IMG/VR virus record: IMGVR_UViG_3300005676_000004
Source of the DNA: a virus
Length of the DNA stretch: 64,000 nucleotides
Strand: one strand, 5' to 3'
The translations under genes and the position numbers were made by a program. The number at the start of each line of letters is the position of its first letter. The first letter of the stretch is position 1. Of the stretch, positions 46,573-56,073 are shown in pieces. The notes under the pieces are model-generated. The model was not told the origin of the DNA, ran no database searches, and was given only the letters and a program-made list of their open reading frames with translations.

Positions 46573-48039
46573 TTAACAGCTACCGTCAAACTTATCATCA
46601 AAGAGCCAGTCTAAAATAGTGTCCTCTATGATGTTTTTATTCCAAAAATCGTTTAGAGTGAAGAAAACATCACGTTCAGCATCTTCAAATCGTTTGCCCA
46701 TACAGCCTACAACTACACTCGTGTAGTCTGCAATCAAAGAGTCAAGTTCGCTCTCGTACATATCAATAAATTCTTTTCGTACTGCCTCGCGATACTTGTT
46801 TATAATATCAAAGGTTAGTGTATGATACCTCATACCGCCATCTTCATCTTTTTTAGGATAGATTAACTTCGGTATGAACCAACTTGGGATACCAAGAACC
46901 ATAGACTTGTTCTCATGAAACAGCGGATATTCATGGCCATCAAGCATGATGGATGCGGGAAGATCAATAGCTACCTCAAAGTTTTCAGAGCTTGATCGAA
47001 ACCTAGACAGTTGACCATTGAACTGTTCGCTATATCTATGCAAAAACTCCTGCCATGTTGGGAGATTGAGGTGTCCGTTTCTGTCAGTGCTGTAAAAGAG
47101 TAAATCATCAATTTGTTTATCAAGTGGCGTAAAGTCATTAAACTCTTTTATGTATCCATAGAATATATCTCGGAATGACGGTGGAAACCCTTGGGTACCG
47201 AAAACAAACTCCGTCTCAGCGGCGGTTACTGGAACTATAGGCATCAAGCAGGAATAACCTATAACACCTTGAACGCTTGGTATACGCATGTAATTCGGCA
47301 GGACGCGGTATCCTTTACCAAAGATACTATCGTTGACAAAGTCACTTTTAAATGCACTACGCCTCTTAAACTCGTATGCTATCTCTAGTGCAATATCACC
47401 CATCCAACCGTCTGTTGTTTCTACGGTTGATTCTTTCAACATCGTATAACCATACAATGCCTTAACAGACTTCAGTATACGATCTAAAGAATTATAGTAA
47501 CCACGACCATACTCGTTATAAATAGTTGACCCACCAATCGCACCCAACGTACACTCAATTCTCAGTATGGTAGTGTAAATAAACTCAAGTCTACTAAGAT
47601 GTAAAAATTTACTAGCTACCCGAGAGATTTGTTGTACGTCATCAACTGAGAATACAAACTCTGTTGTGTGAGGTATGGATAGCTCAATACGACGTACATC
47701 CAGCTCTTTGATCTGCCTTCTAACGAACTTACGGTTGGATGAGTCCTTTGTTAGTAGGACGTCACCGTGCTCATCAGTTGCATAGGCATCTGCAAGACTA
47801 TCCATTATTGAATAGAATGAAGGTGCAGGGGGTGAGTCCAATACCTCAAAATATTCATGGAAAAGGTGATCTTCATCAAGTGTTGTAAAGAGTTCATCAA
47901 TCCTCGTAGAAGATATGAACGTATGCAACTTTTCACGGCGTGGATACCGTGTGATGTCATCTGCACTGAACGGTGGTAGTGCTACTGTTGATTTATTCTG
48001 ATAGAAGTCAGAAGGCAGTCCTGGGTGAAATCGTTTCAT
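46573..48039 (-). CDS. Large hypothetical protein (488 aa)
   Basis: Long uninterrupted ORF; no motif recognised. Confidence 0.75.
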   Translation of the reverse strand: MKRFHPGLPSDFYQNKSTVALPPFSADDITRYPRREKLHTFISSTRIDELFTTLDEDHLFHEYFEVLDSPPAPSFYSIMDSLADAYATDEHGDVLLTKDSSNRKFVRRQIKELDVRRIELSIPHTTEFVFSVDDVQQISRVASKFLHLSRLEFIYTTILRIECTLGAIGGSTIYNEYGRGYYNSLDRILKSVKALYGYTMLKESTVETTDGWMGDIALEIAYEFKRRSAFKSDFVNDSIFGKGYRVLPNYMRIPSVQGVIGYSCLMPIVPVTAAETEFVFGTQGFPPSFRDIFYGYIKEFNDFTPLDKQIDDLLFYSTDRNGHLNLPTWQEFLHRYSEQFNGQLSRFRSSSENFEVAIDLPASIMLDGHEYPLFHENKSMVLGIPSWFIPKLIYPKKDEDGGMRYHTLTFDIINKYREAVRKEFIDMYESELDSLIADYTSVVVGCMGKRFEDAERDVFFTLNDFWNKNIIEDTILDWLFDDKFDGSC

Positions 48040-48053
48040 GGTGATTGTGGTGA

Positions 48054-48608
48054 TTATTGTAAAATTATTTTTGTTAGTGCCGAATGTACCGTGTCAGACT
48101 CATACCACCGAGACGTCCATACGACTCGCAAGGTCATAGTGTCACCCACCATGTCTAAGGTAGGTGCTATTACACCCGAGAAGTTACCGTCGTCGTCTGT
48201 GTACGATGCACCATTTACAGTGGGTACCATCATTGAGTCTGGTGTGACGAAGTGTAGCGTGTCAACGTTTACCCAGAAACCAGAATCGTTTACATTTCTA
48301 CGTACGATGGTAACCGCAGTGTCACCTGGCTCAAACCACCAGAACAACGAACTCTCCCAGATCACACGCTGGGGATACTTTGCCTTGTTATCCGATAGTG
48401 GTATAAGTTTACCTTCCAAGCGATGGATCGTCTGGTATCGATTCCTGTCGAGTGTAAGGTAGTAAAAATCTCCAACCTTCGGTAACCTACCGTCCAGGTC
48501 AATAGTGTACTTCCCTTCCTCGTACGTTGAAGCAGGATCCGTACAAGAGCACAAAAATGCTACCATAGCGATGATGATCGCGTGTAAGCTAGTTCTCATG
48601 GCTTTCAT
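48054..48608 (-). CDS. Putative lipoprotein
   Basis: Hydrophobic N-terminus ending AFLCSC (lipobox-like). Confidence 0.65.
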   Translation of the reverse strand: MKAMRTSLHAIIIAMVAFLCSCTDPASTYEEGKYTIDLDGRLPKVGDFYYLTLDRNRYQTIHRLEGKLIPLSDNKAKYPQRVIWESSLFWWFEPGDTAVTIVRRNVNDSGFWVNVDTLHFVTPDSMMVPTVNGASYTDDDGNFSGVIAPTLDMVGDTMTLRVVWTSRWYESDTVHSALTKIILQ

Positions 48609-48846
48609 GTGTTTTGGTGGTAAGGTGGTGCATCATCACGTCTTCCGTGTATCTCTGAAGATGTAACGATGACGTTAGGTTGTCGCCTATCCCTAGCGTT
48701 AAAACTACAGCTATAGTAAAAGACGGAGGCACTAGAGCATCATACCCCAGTGCCAACGCCGTAATGCAGATAATAACATCCACAGCTATCAACCACGATA
48801 ATAACTTTTTTTTCATTTTCTGTTCTCTGCCATGAAGAAGAACCAC
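48589..48846 (-). CDS. Small two-TM membrane protein
   Basis: MKKKLLSWLIAVDVIIC.. Confidence 0.55.
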   Translation of the reverse strand: MVLLHGREQKMKKKLLSWLIAVDVIICITALALGYDALVPPSFTIAVVLTLGIGDNLTSSLHLQRYTEDVMMHHLTTKTHESHEN

Positions 48847-48922
48847 AGCAGCCCAATGAAGGCGACTAGAGCAATTCCAAATCCCATAGTCGGTTCCCTA
48901 TGTTGATGAAGGTAAAATTGTT

Positions 48923-49141
48923 TTATACATCTCGGATCGTGCCGAGAAATTCACCAGTAGTCTTGTGGTGAATCAGACAGCGATCATTCTCGCGTCGTAC
49001 GTGAATGTACGCATTGTGCCATGGTTGACCATACTTCCGTGCGAGTGTCCTTGCAGCTCCTGTGATGGAGTCGGATGTTGACTTCCCGACGAGTGTCATT
49101 CCGCTCGGGAGCGTCAAGACGTATGTTTTGGTTGGTTTCAT
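48923..49141 (-). CDS. Hypothetical protein
   Basis: Co-oriented; resembles 38670. Confidence 0.55.
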   Translation of the reverse strand: MKPTKTYVLTLPSGMTLVGKSTSDSITGAARTLARKYGQPWHNAYIHVRRENDRCLIHHKTTGEFLGTIRDV

Positions 49142-49160
49142 GGTAGGATGTAAAAGTTTT

Positions 49161-49382
49161 TTAGTTTATTGCCGTTTGGTTGACGAGTGTAGCATCTGCC
49201 GGACGAAGGACACCAGCTTCAATGAAGTCGTGCGCCGCGCGTCCATACCATCCCTGAAGAAACCAAACAACTCCAGTATCAATAAGATACTGCCAAGCCC
49301 CGAGGTACTGATCTTCCGTCGTATCGTCGGGTGGGTTTTCAATGAGCAAGACAGCGGCAAGGATTTCTTGAGTTGCTAGCAT
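49161..49382 (-). CDS. Conserved small phage protein (AWQYLIDTG..W.LQGWYGR.A..LIE.G)
   Basis: Characteristic motif. Confidence 0.65.
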   Translation of the reverse strand: MLATQEILAAVLLIENPPDDTTEDQYLGAWQYLIDTGVVWFLQGWYGRAAHDFIEAGVLRPADATLVNQTAIN

Positions 49383-49436
49383 GACAGCATTCCACTACTA
49401 GTTTACGAAAAAATTTTGAGATTTCCAAATGCTCAT

Positions 49437-49724
49437 TTAGTGAGCAGCGATCCGGAAGGGAGCAGCATCGAACAACCGACGTGCAGTCTTCTCAACGTTT
49501 TGAGCCTGTGGGGACGTCTGACGAAAGATAGTATAGAAGTCTACAGTTCCTTCGTTGACGTTGTCAATTGCTACCTGAAGTACACCGTTCATCATGGTAG
49601 CGTGAGAGACAATCGTGTCCTGATCAATTTCCTCAGCGATGTCGTTGAGGTCGCTTGATGAGGCGTTAGCGATTGAGTTCTTAAGCGTGGAGATAACGTT
49701 CTCGGTGCTGTATGGGGAGCGCAT
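49437..49724 (-). CDS. Hypothetical protein
   Basis: AC-rich leader. Confidence 0.55.
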   Translation of the reverse strand: MRSPYSTENVISTLKNSIANASSSDLNDIAEEIDQDTIVSHATMMNGVLQVAIDNVNEGTVDFYTIFRQTSPQAQNVEKTARRLFDAAPFRIAAH

Positions 49725-49763
49725 GGGTGTGTTGGTTTGTGGTTGAAAGAAAGGTAAAAAACT

Positions 49764-50033
49764 TTAAGCTCGTTGCGCGACCATGCGCATCTTGGTACCG
49801 TTGTCTGTCTGCTCACAGAGCCAGACGGCTCCGTAATGAGTTGCAATCATGTGAGGAAAGTAAACTTCCTCTTCAATTGGGTCATCGAGGTTAACCCACC
49901 TTACTTCAGCACCAGCGCAATGTATCGCTGTAGCTAACAGCTCATCACGGGTAAGGTCGTTGCCGAGGCTTGGATCGTGTGCTCCACCGAAAAGATGTAA
50001 GCCATCGATCGTGAGGTTAAAGCGTTCTTCCAT
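49764..50033 (-). CDS. Hypothetical protein
   Basis: Follows the conserved early promoter at 50071. Confidence 0.6.
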   Translation of the reverse strand: MEERFNLTIDGLHLFGGAHDPSLGNDLTRDELLATAIHCAGAEVRWVNLDDPIEEEVYFPHMIATHYGAVWLCEQTDNGTKMRMVAQRA

Positions 50034-50070
50034 GACAGTAATCCTTGGGGATGTGGTTGTTGGTTTAGAT

Positions 50071-50103
50071 GCAATATACGGAAGTGTTCTGAAAAGGTTT
50101 CAC
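50071..50103 (-). promoter_or_regulatory. Early promoter GTGAAAC-N18-TATATTGC
   Basis: Matches the 8141 and 50565 copies. Confidence 0.7.
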
Positions 50104-50531
50104 CACGTTTGAAACCAGCCACCATATTTTGATGCTAGGGTCTCCATCTTACCGAGTGAAGGCCATCGGAAGGTTTCACCAATGTCAGCGACAACGGCAT
50201 ACAGCTCGTTAAACGCTTGTATCACTTGAACAGGTGCCATCTTCTCTGGAAAATTTATAGTTGCACCCGAGTCACCAGTCGATTTAATCAAGAATGCCAC
50301 TGCTACGACACCGATGGCGGGCTGAAACCATAACTTCGCTTCGGCATAAAGGAAGTGATCACCGTTGTCGTTAACGAACTTGCAATTTGCAGTTGGAAAC
50401 GTACCACCAATCTTTACGATTTGTTCATCCTCCGTAGCCTCAATGTGAGGCGGATACGTTGGCCTTTTCTCCTCCACCTCGGCTCTACAGAGCTTTCTTA
50501 GTTCGGCAAGGGTGGTCTCTAGTGAGTTCAT
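50100..50531 (-). CDS. Hypothetical protein
   Basis: GGAG RBS; follows the promoter at 50565. Confidence 0.65.
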   Translation of the reverse strand: MNSLETTLAELRKLCRAEVEEKRPTYPPHIEATEDEQIVKIGGTFPTANCKFVNDNGDHFLYAEAKLWFQPAIGVVAVAFLIKSTGDSGATINFPEKMAPVQVIQAFNELYAVVADIGETFRWPSLGKMETLASKYGGWFQTW

Positions 50532-50564
50532 GACGACGTCTCCAAGTGTTGTGTTGGTTTAGAT

Positions 50565-50597
50565 GCAATATACGAAAATCCTAATACCAGGTTACAC
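50565..50597 (-). promoter_or_regulatory. Early promoter GTGTAAC-N18-TATATTGC
   Basis: Matches the 8141 and 50071 copies. Confidence 0.7.
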
Positions 50598-50637
50598 TTT
50601 TCCAAAGAAAAATAACAAGTCTTTATGTATCAATGAC

Positions 50638-51267
50638 TTACCAAGCCAAAACGCACGGAAACGATCGTGTACTAGCTATAACTCTTTGTCGCTGATGTAC
50701 TAGAAACGTTGACCCACCGCCATCAAAATTCAGTGCATCTCTACAGCCAATCTCGTACATACGTGCTTGAAGCTCTCGGATAGATGCTCGGTTGGTAACA
50801 AAAATTATAATTGATCCATCTCGGTGGATGCCGATCGCAGTACGTGGACATTGACGACGATAGAACCTACGTCGTAGTAGTGGTTGCGGCTCACCGTCGC
50901 ACAATAGTAACGGGTATCCAGACGCGACGTAATCAAAGCTATCAAACATCGATGGCGTTATGTATCCTATGTATGCTGAGGTCTGTGATATACCTAGAGA
51001 GTACCAGCCCTTTGGGTTATGGTGTCGTTCCATGCGATCATCTTTATAGAGTCCAACCATGGAGCGTTTGGAAAAGTAAGAAAGATTTATTATGTTTGTT
51101 ACGTTGTACCGCCACATGAACCAGCTAGTACGATGGAACTGTGGCTCAGAGCTAAACATCTTTACTGCTGACGGCGGCATCTTGAAGATGTACTCTCGGT
51201 ATGATGCTGAGACGCTAGCGAACGTTGTTAGGAACACGAGCAGTATGTATATGATGGAGTTACGCAT
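50638..51267 (-). CDS. Secreted phosphodiester glycosidase (NAGPA/DUF2233-family) protein
   Basis: Signal peptide; PRTAIG, ELQARM..GC..ALNFDGGGST. Confidence 0.85.
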   Translation of the reverse strand: MRNSIIYILLVFLTTFASVSASYREYIFKMPPSAVKMFSSEPQFHRTSWFMWRYNVTNIINLSYFSKRSMVGLYKDDRMERHHNPKGWYSLGISQTSAYIGYITPSMFDSFDYVASGYPLLLCDGEPQPLLRRRFYRRQCPRTAIGIHRDGSIIIFVTNRASIRELQARMYEIGCRDALNFDGGGSTFLVHQRQRVIASTRSFPCVLAW

Positions 51268-51312
51268 AGTAGTTCACCTGAGTTGTTAACGATTGTAATT
51301 TAATCAAAACAA

Positions 51313-51397
51313 GTAGTGTACGAAATTACTTCCACTCTACCAAATGAATTTTTGTTCATTCACTATTTGGAATTTACGTCACCTATACTTATATTAG
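51313..51397. promoter_or_regulatory. Back-to-back divergent promoters with a central TGAA-N6-TTCA palindrome
   Basis: - strand TTTG(51341-44)-N20-TACAC; + strand TTTG(51366-69)-N20-TATATTAG; TGAATTTTTGTTCA at 51345-51358. Confidence 0.6.
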
Positions 51398-51470
51398 AGC
51401 CTTGGTTTTCACGCCACTCTTCAAAAGGACTCGCATGAAACTGTAACAATTTTTATGAGGTTCACATGCC

Positions 51471-52025
51471 ATGATTCGGACTCGCCGACTACGGAAATTT
51501 GCACGGGATTGGAAATATGTCCCCAACCGAGACGTACCAATTTACTCCGTTACAGAGCGCGTAGTCAACGAGGAAATTATAAACGAATTTCTAGATTATT
51601 GTGTGGCATGGTGTTACAAGAAGTTTGGTGAGAAACCTAAGGTTGAACTTCCGTTCATCGAATGGGACTTTAATAACCGATCATACCAACGCGACGGTAC
51701 TCTCGGCGAGTACGACACCATACAGAACACCATATATCTCCGAATCACTGGTCACCGGAACTTCTACAATCTTGCACGTACACTCATTCACGAGTACGTT
51801 CACTACCTTCAGACTGAATACTCTGATCAACTGTACACAGAGTATATGAAAATCTACGGATATGAAGACAATCCGTATGAAGTTGAAGCTGTGTACATAT
51901 CAGAACTGTACATGGTTGAATGCACCAAATGGGTTCTCACTCAGATGATGGACTCAATTAAAAAACAACAAAGAAAGTTACGATCCTATGACAAGCACAA
52001 GCGTAAGACGTCCAGTCGCATTTGA
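51471..52025 (+). CDS. HExxH zinc-metallopeptidase-like phage protein
   Basis: TLIHEYVHYLQ..Y..NPYEVEA. Confidence 0.75.
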   Translation: MIRTRRLRKFARDWKYVPNRDVPIYSVTERVVNEEIINEFLDYCVAWCYKKFGEKPKVELPFIEWDFNNRSYQRDGTLGEYDTIQNTIYLRITGHRNFYNLARTLIHEYVHYLQTEYSDQLYTEYMKIYGYEDNPYEVEAVYISELYMVECTKWVLTQMMDSIKKQQRKLRSYDKHKRKTSSRI

Positions 52026-52254
52026 TTGGTCTCGCACTTCGGCAAATGGTCATAAAGTTTTTATTGCAGACAAAGATGCGTATGCTACACTTGGTGTGGA
52101 CATCACCCCCAACGAGCTAGCACACTCACTGCACATTCACAATAAGGTTGTTGAACTTCACGTTAAGAAACAAATCATCAGGAACGGGCTATTCTTATCG
52201 ATAGCGTTGATTCCAGTAGTAGTATTCTTTATTAACATATTAGGGTTGTTATGA
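51988..52254 (+). CDS. Small membrane protein
   Basis: C-terminal TM; ATGA-coupled. Confidence 0.55.
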   Translation: MTSTSVRRPVAFDWSRTSANGHKVFIADKDAYATLGVDITPNELAHSLHIHNKVVELHVKKQIIRNGLFLSIALIPVVVFFINILGLL

Positions 52255-52628
52255 TAGCTAATAAGCATCTAAACCAGATCATCATCTCACCGACGCTATA
52301 TCGAGAGCAGTTGGTAAATAAACTATGTTCTCTCTTGGAGAAGCAGCCGAAGCGTACGTATAAGCTCCCACAGCCAGTGGAAGTTCTACGACAAGGCAGA
52401 GACTATGATCTTCCTACCATCCCCGAGGCACGGTCAATTACTGCCGTCTCATCAAAGAATCTCAAGATCACGTGTTCGGTAGACGCTGGTGCCGGCACCA
52501 AGCAGACACGGGAGATTACAACGAACGACTCTACAGTTACCATCGAGGAACTGTTTAGTATCTACGAAGTGTGTGGTGAACTCTATCCTGAGAAGTTTGA
52601 GGACTATACGGCAATCCCACAAGAGTAA
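52251..52628 (+). CDS. Hypothetical protein
   Basis: ATGA-coupled. Confidence 0.6.
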   Translation: MIANKHLNQIIISPTLYREQLVNKLCSLLEKQPKRTYKLPQPVEVLRQGRDYDLPTIPEARSITAVSSKNLKITCSVDAGAGTKQTREITTNDSTVTIEELFSIYEVCGELYPEKFEDYTAIPQE

Positions 52629-52666
52629 AAAACTTTTTTATAGTACACATAATCCACGAGGAACAC

Positions 52667-52888
52667 ATGAACATCTACAAGGTCAAGGTCAAGTTTGAAG
52701 TGACCAACGACAATGGTAAGGTTAAGTACACCACTGAGACATACCTAACCACAGCAGTCAATCCAACAGACGCCGAGGCATCGGTGTATAGATGGCTTGA
52801 GAAGAATGGTGAAGGTGGCGGCGGTGCACCATTCTTTATTACTGAAGCCGTAGAAACAAAGTTTGTTAGATTCATTGAAAACGAGTAA
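52667..52888 (+). CDS. DUF4494-like protein
   Basis: YKVKVKFE..NGKVK..ETYL..A...DAEA..ETK. Confidence 0.65.
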   Translation: MNIYKVKVKFEVTNDNGKVKYTTETYLTTAVNPTDAEASVYRWLEKNGEGGGGAPFFITEAVETKFVRFIENE

Positions 52889-52889
52889 C

Positions 52890-53972
52890 ATGTCGTATTC
52901 GTACTTCAACGAGTTACACCCGAAAGGTATAACCGTACCAAAGCATGGCGTATCGATTCAATCATTCAAGACGTTACTTGACACCTACAAGAAGTCTGTA
53001 GAGATTAATGACGTCTTCCTGGAAATCAATAAGATTGTTGAGGATAGTACTTCCGTAGAAACTACGGACATGCAAGAACGTTTTGAGTTGCGCGAGAGTG
53101 CAGTTGCAAGTGTCCTTGTCTTCTTGAACCTTCTTATTCATCGATACCAAACTAGTATATTTCCTATCGAGGCAGACTTCTGTCGTGAATATGAAAAGTT
53201 ATTCATAAAGGAAAGTAATACTGGTAAGGTGAACTTTAGCGCATCAATCCGCAAGAACGGTGAGCAGATTAAAAACTTCGTTGAGATGTTGCCAGAGGTA
53301 CGGTATCTTCGTCTGTCTATGTTTTGGGCAGTAGCCGAGAAGATAGATCGACTTGTTAGGAACTATGACGTGTGGTGGACTCCGACTATAAATGGACTCG
53401 TACGCATAAGCGAGAACCCTAACCTTTATGCTGATGAGTCTGTACCAAGTCGGTATACGACACAGAACTTGTTTGTAGAACATGAGTCGTACTTTTCTCG
53501 CTTTGGTATCCTTCCGTGGCAGTTTGATGCCGAGTGGCAGCGTAACCCATACACCATCATGTCAAACGCACACACCACACACAATTGGCACAATACAACG
53601 TTCCCTCTTGATATGTCACTCATTAGTAATATTTTAGATACTTGCATTATTGCGTATCCCCAGGCAGGGACGCCATTTGATCAGATGGTGTCTGACCTTG
53701 CTGATGAGCTTCGCGGACATAGCTATGAGAATCGTTCAGTATACAACCAGTATATCGGATGCAATGGTATCTCCAACGAGTTCTTAATGTCCATGCACCT
53801 ACATTATAAGGAACTAGCGGATGAACTTAATAGTGTAACTCCCGAAGCACAAAACTTACTTGTTGCTCATAGCAATCGGTCAATACTTATGCAGTACGGA
53901 CATGTTTTCAATCCCATGTTGCCGGACGTTCTTGTGATTAAGCGTCCTGACTACATCATGGCAAACGTTTAA
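52890..53972 (+). CDS. Hypothetical protein (about 360 aa)
   Basis: Long ORF; start re-called to MSYSYF. Confidence 0.7.
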   Translation: MSYSYFNELHPKGITVPKHGVSIQSFKTLLDTYKKSVEINDVFLEINKIVEDSTSVETTDMQERFELRESAVASVLVFLNLLIHRYQTSIFPIEADFCREYEKLFIKESNTGKVNFSASIRKNGEQIKNFVEMLPEVRYLRLSMFWAVAEKIDRLVRNYDVWWTPTINGLVRISENPNLYADESVPSRYTTQNLFVEHESYFSRFGILPWQFDAEWQRNPYTIMSNAHTTHNWHNTTFPLDMSLISNILDTCIIAYPQAGTPFDQMVSDLADELRGHSYENRSVYNQYIGCNGISNEFLMSMHLHYKELADELNSVTPEAQNLLVAHSNRSILMQYGHVFNPMLPDVLVIKRPDYIMANV

Positions 53973-53991
53973 AAGTTATATAAGGGGCAGT

Positions 53992-54291
53992 ATGAAGCCG
54001 ACGGTAATGCGGTTGGAAGATGGTGAATTTTACGAAGTGTTGCGTACGATACGAGAAAATTCTTTTGTATCGGATGCAACAAGTAGCTCTGAAGAGAAAG
54101 CAAAAGAGTTAGCAGAGAGGATAGCATCTAACAATGACGCTAACTGCTTGTATATGTACAGTTCATCTGGACATATATGGTGTATCTGCAAGCGTATAGT
54201 TACTGCTAATTTCCGTGACATTATCCCTGGCGATGGGGTTGCCTTAAGTGCACAGAAGCAATGGGGTTACGAGATTGTAGAGTCTTCGTAA
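53992..54291 (+). CDS. Hypothetical protein
   Basis: AAGGGG RBS. Confidence 0.55.
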   Translation: MKPTVMRLEDGEFYEVLRTIRENSFVSDATSSSEEKAKELAERIASNNDANCLYMYSSSGHIWCICKRIVTANFRDIIPGDGVALSAQKQWGYEIVESS

Positions 54292-54378
54292 CCTCTTGCT
54301 CTGTATGTAGTTCTACGTATCTTCGGCACTCACTAAAAAAGTTCTTGCTTTTTCCCCGCTATTGTTGTAAGTTCGGAA

Positions 54379-54741
54379 ATGAAAACCAACAGCAGTAACT
54401 ACGAGCATACTCGCGTTAAGTTTGAAATACACAACGCGCAAGTTGAATACGATTTGTTTGATGAGTCTAACGCGGTAGCTGTGGAATTGCCTCTACCCGA
54501 GATATTTGAGCAACTTGAGGAAGAATTTGACTATGACATTGTTGAGCTTGGGGTTGCTCTCATTGATCACCTATCACATAAAAAACTTACAGCGTTTGTC
54601 TGTGCTGAAATCATGGCACGGTTCGCTGAACGTGGCTCAGACTCAATAGTCTTAACCCCGAGAACTCTTGAAGAGGTTACAGTCTTACAAGAGGCACTAG
54701 AGCCTGTACTTGAAAGGTTTCCATTGCTGAGGACAGTGTAA
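54379..54741 (+). CDS. Hypothetical protein
   Basis: Preceded by a CTTG-N20-TAAGTTCG promoter-like element. Confidence 0.6.
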   Translation: MKTNSSNYEHTRVKFEIHNAQVEYDLFDESNAVAVELPLPEIFEQLEEEFDYDIVELGVALIDHLSHKKLTAFVCAEIMARFAERGSDSIVLTPRTLEEVTVLQEALEPVLERFPLLRTV

Positions 54742-54742
54742 C

Positions 54743-55036
54743 ATGGACATTCATCCCAAACCTAGCGTAGTTGATCGGGTAACCGCTTCAATGTCACCAA
54801 CGGAAGATTTATACTACCGTTGGTTATTTTCGTTAGCATGGCACGTCGCATCGCACATCGAGGACAATCAGATACCAATCTCGGAGTTTGCTGAGAAGAC
54901 TGGACTGAGCGTCTACACGATAACGAACGTCATGCGAGGCAATGGCGGAGATTTAACCTTGTTTGACATTGCTCGGATCGCGGCAGCTTTGCCTTTTCCG
55001 TTGCTTTCGTTCACACCAACAGCGGGTGGAAACTAA
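54743..55036 (+). CDS. XRE/Cro-C1-type helix-turn-helix protein
   Basis: ISEFAEKTGLSVYTITNVMRGNGGDLTLFDIARIAAAL. Confidence 0.75.
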   Translation: MDIHPKPSVVDRVTASMSPTEDLYYRWLFSLAWHVASHIEDNQIPISEFAEKTGLSVYTITNVMRGNGGDLTLFDIARIAAALPFPLLSFTPTAGGN

Positions 55037-55171
55037 CAATGTATATGGATTTTATGGACAATCACCGTACGTTCTTCTTCATAGTAGCTATCGCTATCTA
55101 TGTGGGGGCGACAGCTTTTGCTTTATGGCGTAGCTATCAAGACGACGGCAACTAAAAAAGATTTACTGTAT

Positions 55172-55828
55172 ATGAGCGCAAAAGTATTAGTCGCTTGTGA
55201 AGAGTCACAGGCAGTTACCATCGAGTTCCGTAAACTCGGCATTGAAGCATATTCATGTGACATTGAAGAGTGTTCAGGAGGGCATCCCGAATGGCATATT
55301 CAGCAGGACGTGACACCGTTACTTCAAGAACCTCATTGGGACCTTGTGATAGCATTCCCACCGTGTACGCATCTAGCGTCAAGCGGTGCAGCGTGGTTTG
55401 AGAAGAAACGTCAAGATGGACGACAACAGCAAGGCATAGACTTCTTTATGCTGTTTGCTAACTGTCCGGCACCTCGTGTCGCAATCGAGAACCCAGTTGG
55501 TATCATGTCGTCGCACTACCGAAAGCCTGATCAGATCATTCAGCCTTGGCAGTTCGGTGACTCGGTAACAAAGAAAACTTGTCTATGGTTAAAAAATTTA
55601 CCATTACTTACACCGACAGATATTGTTGGTAAAGGTGAGTTTGTTACCTTTGCAAGTGGTAGGAAAATGAATAAGTGGTATGCTGACGCATGGAAGTTAT
55701 CACCGTACGAACGAGCTAAACAACGAAGTAAAACTTTTCCAGGTATTGCCAAAGCTATGGCAACCCAATGGGGAGCAGTCTTGCTTAATAACGAAAGTTA
55801 TAATAACGATGAAGGTAATGATATGTAG
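55172..55828 (+). CDS. Short phage-type DNA cytosine methyltransferase-like protein
   Basis: VLVACEESQ, DLVIAFPPCT, IENPVG, RSKTFPGIAKAMA; start re-called. Confidence 0.8.
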   Translation: MSAKVLVACEESQAVTIEFRKLGIEAYSCDIEECSGGHPEWHIQQDVTPLLQEPHWDLVIAFPPCTHLASSGAAWFEKKRQDGRQQQGIDFFMLFANCPAPRVAIENPVGIMSSHYRKPDQIIQPWQFGDSVTKKTCLWLKNLPLLTPTDIVGKGEFVTFASGRKMNKWYADAWKLSPYERAKQRSKTFPGIAKAMATQWGAVLLNNESYNNDEGNDM

Positions 55829-55891
55829 TAAGTTCCTTTACATATTGACCTTAATATAGTTTATGACCTTGTATACCCTAACCTAGTTTAA

Positions 55892-56073
55892 GGGGGGTGG
55901 GGGTCAAACTAAGGGGGTCCTAGGTGTAGACTAGGGGGGAGGGGCATAATTTCCCGTATACCCCCCTGGTAGGGGGACTTGTCTATAGGGGTCCCCCCTG
56001 CGTTTTTCTATCGGGGTCAATTTTTTTCTAGGATTTTTGAATACGTAGAACTACTTAATGGGTAACCCATTAA
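55892..56073. other. G-tract/C-tract-rich non-coding locus with palindromes
   Basis: At least seven G4-G6 runs, C6 runs, and the TTAATGGGT-A-ACCCATTAA palindrome at 56055-56073. Confidence 0.7.
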
